A stretch of 62,775 nucleotides of DNA, the filler included, from Phoronis australis (lineage: Eukaryota > Animalia > Phoronida): assembly GCA_002633005.1 (NCBI GenBank). It is 9 parts of 9 records of this genome, joined end to end, with 100 filler letters (N's around TTAATTAATTAA, not from the genome) between each part and the next. Parts side by side here need not be neighbours in the genome. Positions count along the whole stretch, not along the records: positions 37,358 to 41,402 come from NMRA01002732.1; positions 41,503 to 43,884 come from NMRA01003700.1; positions 43,985 to 46,315 come from NMRA01001160.1; positions 46,416 to 51,548 come from NMRA01002412.1; 5 more parts are not named here. The stretch is one strand, 5' to 3'. Below are positions 37,405 to 49,000 of the stretch, one piece after another. Under the pieces are notes generated by a model. That model was not told the DNA's origin. It saw only the letters and a program-made list of their open reading frames with translations, and searched no databases. Both the position numbers and the translations under genes were made by a program. The first letter of the stretch is position 1; each line of letters opens with the position of its first letter.

Positions 37405-38545
37405 AGCCAATCGCTGAGCCCTGTTAAGCACGGGCATTTCCTTAACAGGCCAATCGCAGTGCTCTGTTAAGCAAGGGCCTTGCTTAACAGCGCTTAACCA
37501 TTGGCTCGTTCGGCTGACGTCAAATTCCAATATGGCTACCACCTGCCACGAAGTCGTCGCTTCAAAAGTTTGAAGTCGAATAACGTCGCAAATACGTACG
37601 TATGGACATCAATATTTGGACAAATGTGGGAGGCCTAAGGGTAGAACAAGTGCGTCTACTTTAATTTTACTCATTGCCTCTGTATTTTCAGTTATTTAAC
37701 AAAGTTGTTCCTCTTCCGGCGAATTAGGTCATTTAGGTCATTGTCATGGTTACGCCGGCTGACCGGGTTGGGCCGTAAATTAAAATTGCAAATATTAGCG
37801 AAAGTACGCAAAGTTGGATTACTTCATTTGAGTGATCGTGAGATGGGGTCAGCTAGGTTAATTGAGCGTAGTCAGATTTTTCTTCATTGCCTTAGATTTG
37901 GTGAAATTAATCAGTTTTCCGTTCACTTCCGGTTTCAGTGCCGGCTTCGCCGACGGACGCTTTTTATGCAGTTTTAAACACTCGAATTTGCGACCAATTC
38001 TCCGTGAAACATTCAGTTACCGATTCGCACCGATCCATCCGTATGTCTATGAACAAAGAAAACCGTTAACACCATAATGGAATTCTCCAAAAACACAAAA
38101 TCCTTTCGTAAACTTTGGCACTGTTCATTCATGTTGTCATCGATCAGCTGATTTCTGCTCTGAACCAAATTTAGTACATTACATTGGCAGTTTATCATAG
38201 GGGACTACATGAGGGGGCTATAGTCCCCGTGGTCTGCGGACGATGCACGGCGGGTTGGCTGGGGGTCTTTAGCCCTCCCCCACAACACTTTTTTCAGTGC
38301 TGCGCCGCCCATGCAATATCGATGCTTTTTGTGTTTTAGAATTCATTACCTACAACTGTCAATTTTGACTCGACACATGAAAATTCACAAAGACGGGACG
38401 GGCTTCAAGTGCGATCCGAACTTCCTAGCCATCCCTGCAGTAAACTCACCACATTAGAATCACGGTATTGTTTTACTGCTCAATGGGTGCAGTGTTTTTT
38501 ATGTAATGCTAAAGTGAGTTGTTCGTATGTTGTTAAATCTTGCAG

Positions 38546-40007
38546 GAGACAGCATGTGAAATCGAACGAATTCTCGAGGAGTTCAAGGGACCCGCGGGCC
38601 TGGACGTGGATGGTATACCCCTGTTCAAGTCCCTTGAGGCGGTCGAGTGCCACTGGACAACAGCTAGCAAGCACTTGAGCTGCATGCAGGTGGGTATCCT
38701 TTGAGTGCATAGTCTATTCGGCTATCCTGGTGCAAGCAGAGTTAACTATAGTGACGTGTCATTCAAAGCTAGTGTCCGTGGTGGGTACGCAAAATATTGT
38801 TTGATTGCTGGTCGGTCGGCTTGTCAGAATAACACTGTCCCACAAGTCGAGCACAAATCCAATACCCCATGCTTATTGTATAGCCATCTGTTCTCTCAAA
38901 ACTGTCCACTCTGTGATGACGCTGGTTTAATCTTGTTTGTAACTTTTCTAACTGCTCTCCAGGATCCACAAGGGATCCAACTGTATGTGTGTACAAAAGT
39001 GGTGACAGTTAACGGTGTTGAGCTGAAGAAGTATAGATGTCGAAGAGGTACCAATTCACTGGAGGGTCTCCATTCCCACTTGTACAACGCTGTGCCATCG
39101 CAACGATGCGGTATTACACCGTTCCAGGTAATCACACCTGTCTGGCTATCGGACGTGTTAATAGAGAAAGATTTCTCCTTAAAACTTTCCCTTGTGCGCT
39201 ACACGCAATATCTCAGTAGGACATCTGATGTAGAATAAGTGCGTGGTTAACGTTGTTCTTTGTAGCTGTACATTAAAGAATTTCAATGTGCTGGAAAAAC
39301 ATATCCTTCTATGTTGCCGTGTGTTTCAGGTGTACCTCATTGCGTTCGCGGTACAGTGGAACCAGCGAATGGAGTCGCTTCGTGTAGCTGGAGGTCGGGG
39401 CCGACTGACGTCGTGCCTTGATCCAAGGCTCATCCAACGGCTCAACCAGCACTCTGAGGTGCTCTTTGGGAAGGGCCACCTCTTTGATCCGAACTTCCCG
39501 TCCCCATGCCGTACCCACAGCAATACACCGACCCAGAAGAGGAGGAACTCTTAGGCGTAGAATACGCGTATTGTCAGTCTACCAGCTTCAAATCCAAGGA
39601 ATATTATGTCGAGAAGGGTGAGCAGACCTGTGCTGCGTAGCTGAATTTGCCACTGAATAGAAATTAGCTATGCCAAATTAGTGATAGCACTGCTTTGTAA
39701 CAACATGCTCTTTACGGTATATCATAAGAATACTTTAATTGCCATTTCAGTGGATGAAGAGCAATCGCACCAAGAGCCAGACGAGAGCGAGTCGGAAGAC
39801 GAGGGCGTAGAGGTTGAAGAGGCGGTGGTTGACGATGACCTCATTGATCACGTGAGCTCCAATGCTGCACTCACGACTTCGGAAATGGTCACTGCAGAGG
39901 AAAGTCCCGCACTCCAGGATGTTTTAATGTCCGTTCGACACCTCCATCTCCCCGGCTTTGAAGAAGTTGAGGCATTGGCACTTGCACTGTTAGAACTAGT
40001 AGATGTT
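38546..40007 (+). pseudogene. Dada-type transposase, C-terminal half; exons 38546-38689, 38963-39127, 39330-39617 (1-nt frameshift near 39498), 39751-~40007
   Basis: GT-AG exons encode ETACEIERILEEFKGPAGLDVDGIPLF...HW...KHLSCMQ|DPQGIQLY...ELKKYRCRRGTNSLEGLHSHL...FQ|VYLIAFAVQWNQR...PNF/...ELLGVEYAYCQS|acidic EDEG tract...LPGFEEVEALA. The QDP-G-LY, YRCxRGTxSLExxH, WN and ELxGVEY motif order is that recalled for Dada transposases. Confidence 0.78.
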
Positions 40008-40009
40008 GG

Positions 40010-40237
40010 TGAGACAGTGTGGTCATTCGGCAGACACATGTCAAGTACGGTCTGTTTGTGAATTTCCTGGCAGGGGCCGTCCTTGCTTACAACAAGGACG
40101 ACATGATGCTGTTAGTGAACGCTGTGAGAAAAGGGAGTGAGAAACTGTATACTGTGGACACCGATATGCAGACGATAACATTCCTGAAGCCTTCGAAGCT
40201 TTTGTCCTATCTTCGGCATGTCACTTGCTTAGTTGAG
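40010..40237 (+). pseudogene. Displaced Dada transposase exon fragment (normally upstream of the 38546 exon)
   Basis: VIRQTHVKYGLFVNFLAGAVLAYNKDDMMLLVNAVRKG...LLSYLRHVTCLVE then a GT donor. Resembles the HxxYGxF...DxxxLxxAxR...RxxTRGxE block that precedes ET...GxPLF in Dada transposases. Confidence 0.55.
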
Positions 40238-41381
40238 GTAAAAATGTGATGTAATGTTAAAGAAGCTAGTAAATCATTTCTTAAGGCTTGTCCTTGACGA
40301 GGAGTTGGCAATAGTTATTTCAAGGTAGTATATCCATTAGAAGTAACTTGCTGTGGTTGACTGTCGTAGCCAAGAGAATGTTTAGACCAGTTTGATAATG
40401 TTTTAGTCTGTTTACATTATATGAATGTGTCTTTACCTGCAGTTGTTATCAGAGACTGATGATGATGTTATTGTACAGTTGACATTAGAGGGATGGCAGT
40501 CTTTGGAATATTTCTTGGTAGTGTTGTTTTTCTGATTTTCTTTCTCTCAATGGCTTTCCGTGCCAGTGTGTGTTGTATCACGCCAGCTTTGTAACAAGCT
40601 ACTGTGTATAACTTGCATTCCATCTTGCTGAGTAACCATTGTGTATCTGTTTATGTGGTTAACTCTTGCTTTGGTCATTGTAGTGTAACTCAACAAGTAC
40701 AAGTGAACTTGGCAGCAGCGTTGTATTGTGTGTTGACTGTCTCGGTATGTCAGTGAGATGGTTGTATTCAGTAACTAAGTGTAGAACACTCAAGTACACT
40801 CATAGCAGCAAAGTGAGGACTATCTTTATTAGACAAGTGAGCCGTTTATGTACAAGTTACTGTAAACATGAAAAGTCTGCTAGGGAAGTAGTATTACCAA
40901 TACTGCTATCAAACCAACATACTTAGTAATTAACATATATCTTGAATATATAACGCATTTCATGACAGTTGTATTTGTAAATAAAAGCTGAGGTAACACA
41001 GCCATATTGAACGATTATGTTCACTCTTTAGAAAGGCACAACGTGATGTTATGGATCGAATCCTGGCGGCTGGCCGTGCCTGTTACCTCAGCTTGAATTC
41101 TCTTTTAAATAATTGCTTTTCCTCTTCAATCATGAGGAACAAATATATCTCATACCTTGTTCATATGTATTTATATAAAATAAATTAATGGAAAGGCTGT
41201 AAAAATCAACCAACTTTAATAATTTAGTGCATTACACAATATATTTATGATAATATGGTAAAGAAAGATTGTCAACATCAAGCACCTTGGCTTGGGCCTG
41301 CTTTGGTCATCTAGAAGCAGCGCCATCTTCTGGCGCGTGCTTTCAAGCATGACCCATATGTACTTCCAGGGGCACCTGCCC

Positions 41382-41402
41382 ATTCCCAGGCGGTCACCCA
41401 TC
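41382..41402 (-). rRNA. 5S rRNA gene fragment (C-box region) running into the gap
   Basis: Minus strand GATGGGTGACCGCCTGGGAAT, 21 nt identical to recalled invertebrate-type 5S rRNA. Confidence 0.7.
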
Positions 41403-44400
41403 NNNNNNNNNNNNNNNNNNNNNNNNNNNNNNNNNNNNNNNNNNNNTTAATTAATTAANNNNNNNNNNNNNNNNNNNNNNNNNNNNNNNNNNNNNNNNNN
41501 NNAAATAAATTTCCTATTTCATTTTCCGATACTCAATATCACCTTCAGAGAATTTTGGCATGTTTTGTATTTTGACGTAACCTTAACAGCACTCTAAAAT
41601 TGAGAAAACAGAATTTCGGATTATGTCGGAGTGTGTTTTTCTATAACGGAAATTAAAAATTGTTGTGCATACGTTTATCTTATTGATGAAATTTGACCAC
41701 CTTCGTATACTTTTTTCACGACACTAAGTCAGCAAGTGATAGGTAAAACCTATAACCGGATTTGAATCTACCTGTCTCTTTGGTCGACCTGATTATAACA
41801 CTCACACGCAGCACCTTGCAAGCGTGCAGTTGAGGATTCTCCTCCGAACACCAACAAATTTCCCAGCAACTTTTGCGCGTATCAAAATGGCGGCGATCAA
41901 CAAAGAGGTATATCGCATGTCTGTCTGTTCCCTACGTAAGAATGACACGGCAATACGTTGGCGTGCATTCCACAATGTGTACGATTTTCAAGTGTTTGGA
42001 GGCTTGCTATCGATCCCGGCAATTAAATAGACACAAAAAATGCCTCCGCAGCCACCTCGCAAGTTCATTTTGACACTCGCCATGTTCTTTCCAACGTTTT
42101 CAAGTTGTCTTAACAAAATTTAGCACAGTAAGTCGGTAAAAATTTGTTGAGTACACCAAACTAGCAAAAATGTTAAAATTAACTAACGTGACATTTCCTT
42201 GATTTCACGCCAATAACCATTTTCCACTTACCTTAATTTGCTAGAATGTCTGTGCTTTGTACATTCATTGGATTTAAAATAAATCATCAGTTGAAAAATG
42301 ACTATGCTCTGGTGAATTTTCTGTAATGGAGACAAATAGAGTACTCAGGACAGCGATCAGCCGGTTTCAATAACAGGAGTTTTGCATATGAATAATAGGA
42401 AATGAGAAAGAACACTTTCATTTTTAGAATCCACAGCACACACTCCGATCTCCTGCCGTTGGTGTTAAGATAGTTTTGTGTTTGTTGAATAACCGGAGGA
42501 TGGCTTTAAGGACATGTAGAACCCTAGATAAATGTTCAAATTTGATTACCTTCTAAAAATCATAAAGACTTCATCTTGAACATTTATCTCGAATGATACT
42601 TGATCATGTTAACGATATCGTTGTGTAGCTATCGATGTAACTTTATTGGTGCTGAATTTTACTAAGCGGCACAGTGCCGTGACCTTATTAATGGTAATTC
42701 GGTAAAAAGTCAAAACTCAAATTCCGAAAGCTTTCTACGTTCAGAAAATGATTACTTTTAAAAAATTAAGATCAAAAGTTTTGTTCTTATTTGGGTAAAT
42801 ACACGCACTTGTCAATGTCGTTCTACATATCATTAAAGCTTAATAAATGTGAACATGTAAGCGTTCCCCAGAACCCCTTCATCCAACATTCTGCGTTTAG
42901 GAATCCACAAAACCAGGCAAGACTGCCTACAACCGAAAAGAATATATAAATATGGGTTTTCGTAACATCTGAACTTAAACTCGCGAATTTTCCAAGCTGT
43001 GTTTGCCTTTGTCACAGCATATGATGTGGGCCTGGTATCCATTTGATCAAATATGAAGCTTCTGTTAGAATAAAAGCTCACTTTTATAGGTGTGGTGGTC
43101 AAAGATAAATTGCCATTGCCCTTAATTGAGAAAATGTGATTTGAGCTAATTATGCGTGTTATCAACTAAAGCGACATTACACAACGTTCGTTGCCGGTTA
43201 TCAAAATATTTTTCTAGGGGTCTTTTGGCGTCCTGGATACACTTATAAGCTGAATTACACCCAACGTGTTCTAAAACAAACTTCGTTTTGCTTTTGAACG
43301 AAAACATGCCTTGCGTTACCGTGTGTCTTGATAATTAATCTATGACTCGTGTTCTTATGTCAAAAACGATTATATCACAGTCGTGTTTGGGCTTCCAGAC
43401 TAAACGTCACGATCGAGTTCTTAACGCATTGGAATCGGTTGCGTTAAAACATTGAAACCTTTTTACGGCCAAATTATGCCGCCGTGATAATCAAACGTTA
43501 TGAAGCCGGTGTGCAACATTAATGACCTTCCACTTGTTCTCAGTCGTTAAAATAATTTCTACTAAAGCTGCGAAACGAATAACATAGACTAAATCGAGAG
43601 TTCTTTGACAAAAAATGCGAGCTTTTTGCACCTTTAAATAAAGACGACAAACTTTACTTACCTGTATACTTGTTTCACCGCAGCATACAACTTGTAAACT
43701 TTCACAAAACTGTTCGATCAGAACAACACTAATTTATACTAATATTAATAGGAACGCAGAGTCAATTTGAAAAATACTGTCTCGGAAATGAACAACATGG
43801 GGATTTACCCAAAATCAATTATCATTAATATTTGTAAGAAAGCGACTAGCACTAACGCTTCTCGGATGTCACCGAATTAACATANNNNNNNNNNNNNNNN
43901 NNNNNNNNNNNNNNNNNNNNNNNNNNNNTTAATTAATTAANNNNNNNNNNNNNNNNNNNNNNNNNNNNNNNNNNNNNNNNNNNNCCGTAATTGAAAAACT
44001 TAAACTTTAGCGCTGACTGATTTTGTCGTCTGCTTTCACACAGCGGCATATAATTACTCCGCACAGTTTGGGACTCAGGGTTCATGTACTGACACAATTA
44101 CAAAAGTGTATTTGTGCACAAATTATTAGGAACATTTATGACTGCAAAAGGTGCATATCTAATGTTTATGTTTCAGAAATATATCAATTTTGTTCCAATT
44201 AAGAATGCGAAACAGAATGCACAACAAATTCACTAAGTCTAACCTCAGTCGGTTATAATTAAACATTCTTAACTGAGCACTTCTGGGAAGTGTTAAGTGA
44301 TCCTTAAAGCGCCGTTGGTCATACTGTGTGTGAGCCTTAGGTATCTGTACTGTGAATAGGTCTTTAAAAGAACAGATGTATACTTCAACACAAATCACAC

Positions 44401-45169
44401 AGTATACAGTGCTCACTCTTTTTCATTCAAATTTTCATCAGGAAAGGTTGGATGAAAACAAAGATGATGACAAATTGACAACATTGATGACAGTTCTAAT
44501 ACCTTAAATAGATGTTACCGTTCACCTATGTTGTCACGAACCCTGGCTTGTTCAATTCTTGTTCCTGGATACACAAGTAATTCTGAACCTTAGGGAAAAA
44601 ACAGACAACATATCGAATCAAATTTTGAAAGTCATCACCTTCGTAGGATTCTGTGTTGCTATCACCAGACTGAAGCTCTTCTCCAACATTCATGACGAAA
44701 ACTGACGTGGCAACTGACGGAAAATTGCATGCGCTCTTGTCCTTTGTTTCTACCCCCACCCATTTTTTAAGAAAGGGGTGTTCCATTTTTGACTTCAATT
44801 TATGATGTATAATTTTATTTTAACAATGCATTAACCATGCTGAATACATTTAAATGAACTGGCCTCATTGATTTCGAGCGCACACCCAGCCTAAAATGTA
44901 GGCGTATGTGGATCTTTTACTGAAAAAAAATTAAAAAAAAAACGGGGCCACCAGGTTCAGGCCTACGAATTGTGCATCCATTTGCTCGGACCTTTTGTTT
45001 AATAGAGGCAGACCTTTTGCCCAATTCGCCAAATTGGGGAGCTTGTTCAAGTCCCCCGAGCCCACTGAGCAACTGGTTATTTTTACACTGATCGCGTCAG
45101 GGGATATGACATCATTCTCCTGGCCAATGCAGTTTAAAAATGGCCAGTTGCCGTATTTGGCAACTGAAG

Positions 45170-45350
45170 GAAGGACTGCTAAAATGTTTGATTATGGGAA
45201 TATTTGTTCGAGCTGAAAGGAATTAAAGACATCGATGGCCCCCGAAGGTGTCCCTCTATGCACGAAATGTTCTTATAAGTATGTGACTTTGACAGTTTAA
45301 TCAGTGTAAGGCATAATTTGCCAAAAAGTTTCCGGTGTATGAAGGCCTCA
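45170..45350 (+). repeat. Diverged arm fragment of the same MITE family as 35649-36561
   Basis: TATTTGTTCGAG.TG.AAGGAATTAAA.ACATCGA...GGTGT.CCTCTATGC...GGCATAATT.GCC.AAAAG.TTCCGG aligns to 36340-36510. Confidence 0.75.
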
Positions 45351-45654
45351 TGCCATGGGATGGCCAGTCTCTACTGCTATAGTTGAGACTGTGGCACTGA
45401 TCATAGGCGGATTTAGGGGGGGGGGCAAGGGTGCCCGGGCCCCCCCTTGGCTGCCGCAAAAAAAATAAAACAGTAAGAGCGTAGGGAAATGTTGAGCTTA
45501 TTAATTAACCCCGGTAATTAAAATTATACGGACGAAAAAAGATTTAAATGTGTGCAGTTTTAGTGTTGGGGGCGGGCTCAAATCCAATTTCAAGTGTCAA
45601 ATTTGGAACACGGCGTATTCTTAACGGAACTATGGCTAAGTATAGGCTCTCCCA

Positions 45655-46049
45655 CGATATCCCAGGCGACCGGCAGTGGCGCTCCGCACTACGACTACGT
45701 TTCCGTCGTCTGCTCCACTGTGCAATGAAGAAAATTTACTTCATTTTTTAAAGAAAATGGAACCTGAGTGACGATGAAAAACAGAAGCTGCTGGTAAGAT
45801 GTGAATTTTAATCGAAGCCTTAGTGAATCACTCAGAAACTCACAATACTCTCTTTGTCAAACCTTATCTTAAGACGATTTCCAAAGCAATCCCCGGCGTC
45901 ATTATTGCCAACGCGAAAAACGGATTTGGTCTTTTGAGCATTTGAAGACTATTTTAACTACGACAAATTTGTTAGGAATTGATGGCACAAAATATAAAAC
46001 GTGTAATAAGCATTACAAAACGAAGTAGGTTTTGCGCGCAAACGCTGTG
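45655..46049 (+). repeat. Interspersed repeat, close copy of 2-384
   Basis: Direct sequence match to the window start. Confidence 0.9.
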
Positions 46050-49000
46050 CATAACGCTAAACCCTCGTGAGAGACCGCCCCGAGATGGATGCTGGAGCAA
46101 CTCGGGGCGGTCTGGGATCAAGCGGAAAAACCACAGGGTAAATCTGTGGTCGACGAATCTATTCGGTCGATTACATTTTATTGCCCGTGAAGCCGCTAAG
46201 GGCTGCCTGAAGAAATATGACTCGCGCGTTTGTATTTTCGCCTTTTTCAATAACATGTAAAAGATTCATCAACAAATTCCTCGTAAAATTCTGAAAACAA
46301 GCGTTTTTCTCCCACNNNNNNNNNNNNNNNNNNNNNNNNNNNNNNNNNNNNNNNNNNNNTTAATTAATTAANNNNNNNNNNNNNNNNNNNNNNNNNNNNN
46401 NNNNNNNNNNNNNNNCTCGGAACCCAATCAGGCCCGTCGCGGCCGAACTGACTGCTTAACCCCGGCCTGTGGCTCGGAACCCGATCAGGCCCGTCGCGAC
46501 AGCCTGGACTTGCATGAACATAAACCAGCTTGAGTTGGAAACTAAACCTCCAGTCACAAAAAGACTACAACAGTGAGCCGAAGAAACAATGTGGACGTAA
46601 TTATTTATGTCAATTAACCACGAACTGGCGTGTTCAACGGTGGAAAAATAACGCACTGACTGAAATCGGACGCCCCCCTTACAGCTTTCAAATGTTCAGT
46701 TAAATGAGAAAGATAATTGAACAATGTTAGTGCCGTGTACTGATACTTGTGTGATTTTGTATTTTTAATCAATAAATGTTTGCTATTACTTTAGTAGTCT
46801 ATACTAAAAGATTGTACACGTAATTGAACAAGTGGTTGCAATTTGACTAAGGTAGTTACATAATCACGGTGGTAACAAGTTTGATTACCATAACTTTTTA
46901 TTCTTTCACAAACTTTAAGGCGAATGGTACTCAGTAGCTACAATCGATATTCGCTAATTTTCTACAAGTTTCAAGAACGCACCACTTCGCTTTCCAAGTG
47001 AACAAAGGATAATTTTGTTCTAAAAGAAGATTACTCACGCTACCGTTCTGTACAGACAACCTTTTTATGAAAAGGCAATGCTATTTGAACATAATCTACG
47101 CTAAGCAAAGTGCAGCTGTACTCATTCACAAGTTGTAAATGTGAAAACAAAAAAATCTGTAAATAGGTGACCTTTGCACTATTGACGTACCTTGCGGGCT
47201 CACATAGGTGGCATCATGCAGTGTTATTCCTCTGCACCACGTCTGGACACAGTTAAGTGATTTACAGCGGATACCATTTAAAAACTCGTTCTGAAAAACA
47301 TTTTGCAATGTTCAACCTACTTCATACTCACATCGTCGCTATGCCAACCTGTATGTTGTGTTTGTAACTAATTTGACCATGCAATCACAGAGATTGAGTA
47401 TTACCTTGCGAGTTCACTTTAAGGGTCCCGGGGGTAGTTTTCGGACCCTACACACTAGCAACATGGATCACACCGATACAGTTAAATATTCCGGGCTACC
47501 ATCGCGAATCAACAAGGAGCTAATACGGACGAAGACAGTGCCAAAAAGACACTCACGATGGAAATACGACAGATATAATGAGTTCCACGGGAGTTTTCCC
47601 AAGTTTGTNCAGATTGCATTTTCTCTGTCATGGGGCCTTTAGTGATCAGTGAACTGTATCGAATAACATGGAATTGGTTTTGTGTGGTACCACGAATCTA
47701 TGAGGTTGCTCATTTTCGGGGGTCTTTTTGGCTTCTTCCGTAACCATTCCATAGTGCAATTTGTAAAGATCAATGTTCTGGCGCAGTCTCAGCGAACGAT
47801 TGAGAGAAACACAGGTGATTCTACGTACAGCCTAATTCTTTTATTCGAGTGCCGTCAGTACATAGATAAACCCGTAAACTGAAGTAAACAAAATCCCGAG
47901 TAACTACTACGAAATATAATACGAGCACAGGCAGTGGCAATATATACAAAAACCGTTATTTACATCAACGAAGAAAATATACAAGTAACGAAATGGCTAC
48001 ATAAGATAAACTGATTTTTATATGAAAATACTAGATACAAAAACGAACCTAATTCATACAAAATTCTGCCGTGAGACCGTGACGCAAACTAGATATCAAG
48101 TCACGCTAAACAATTACAATAATATGAGCTAGAAACAGACTGGTTTGTGAATTGCAATCTCAATGTCGCAGCGAACAACGCCCGAACCCTGGACAAGAAC
48201 CACAAAGGACGAAATACGGCGAAGTAAATATAACGAAAATACTGAAACTACGCGGGACACGAGAGAATGCATTGCACAAACCAGAAATAACGATAAGCAA
48301 AAGAACAATACTTAACACAGATAAGAAATACGAAAGAATGGAAATGGCGGGTAAAACGCTTTTAAATGTCAGTACCACGTGACAAGTTCACAATCTGGGG
48401 GGTACTTGAAAATGGAAACAGGAAACAATACTAAATACACACAGGCAATATGAATGATTGCGTCTGCAGTAACAGGTCATTTGGTGTTCAGTGGGGTTCT
48501 GTTGTCCGTTTTAAATCAGTTTTGGCCGGTACCTCAAATATCTACTCTAGCTCATTTTTAGCTCCCTTGTAAGGTCCCCAGGGGTCACACCCAGAGTGCA
48601 GACAACGGCAGACGTCCATCGTTCACTCTTGTACATACTGAAGTGGACTGTAAGTGCTCCTATCGTCAGATGGTGGTACCTCGTTCATCTATGCTAAGTG
48701 CTCTGGGTTGCCGGTCTACATTTTCCTTATCATTTGAACACTACAGTTTTATGAAAGTTTAAACACTTAATGTACGCCCGAAACACTACACGCATTCATC
48801 ATCACAGGGATGGTGTCTGGCGCAAAGGTCACGGGCACATAACTTGAAGCACAAGGTGGGCTTGAGATTAGTACAAAAAGTTACAGAACGTGCAACACGG
48901 TTGATCAATGCTTGGCAGGAATCGGGTGCATTGTAGATATATTTAATGGAGAAACGAGGCGTAACCCGTTTGCTTCTTATTTGTAAGTATGGTTTCGATC

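Larger units (their letters stand above)
37358..41402 (+). mobile_element. Dada-superfamily DNA transposon (defective, internally deleted and rearranged) bounded by 5S rRNA sequence at both ends
   Basis: Contains spliced Dada-type transposase exons. Both contig ends carry same-orientation 5S rDNA sequence sharing ATTCCCAGGCG (37360-37370 and 41382-41392). No terminal inverted repeats seen. Confidence 0.75.

Noticed and set aside
47606-48384. Solo LTR (TGT...ACA, AGTT flanks, strong strand bias, minus-strand AATAAA near 47840)
   Set aside because: The left boundary includes an N junction (47609), and there is no second copy, PBS or PPT to confirm it.
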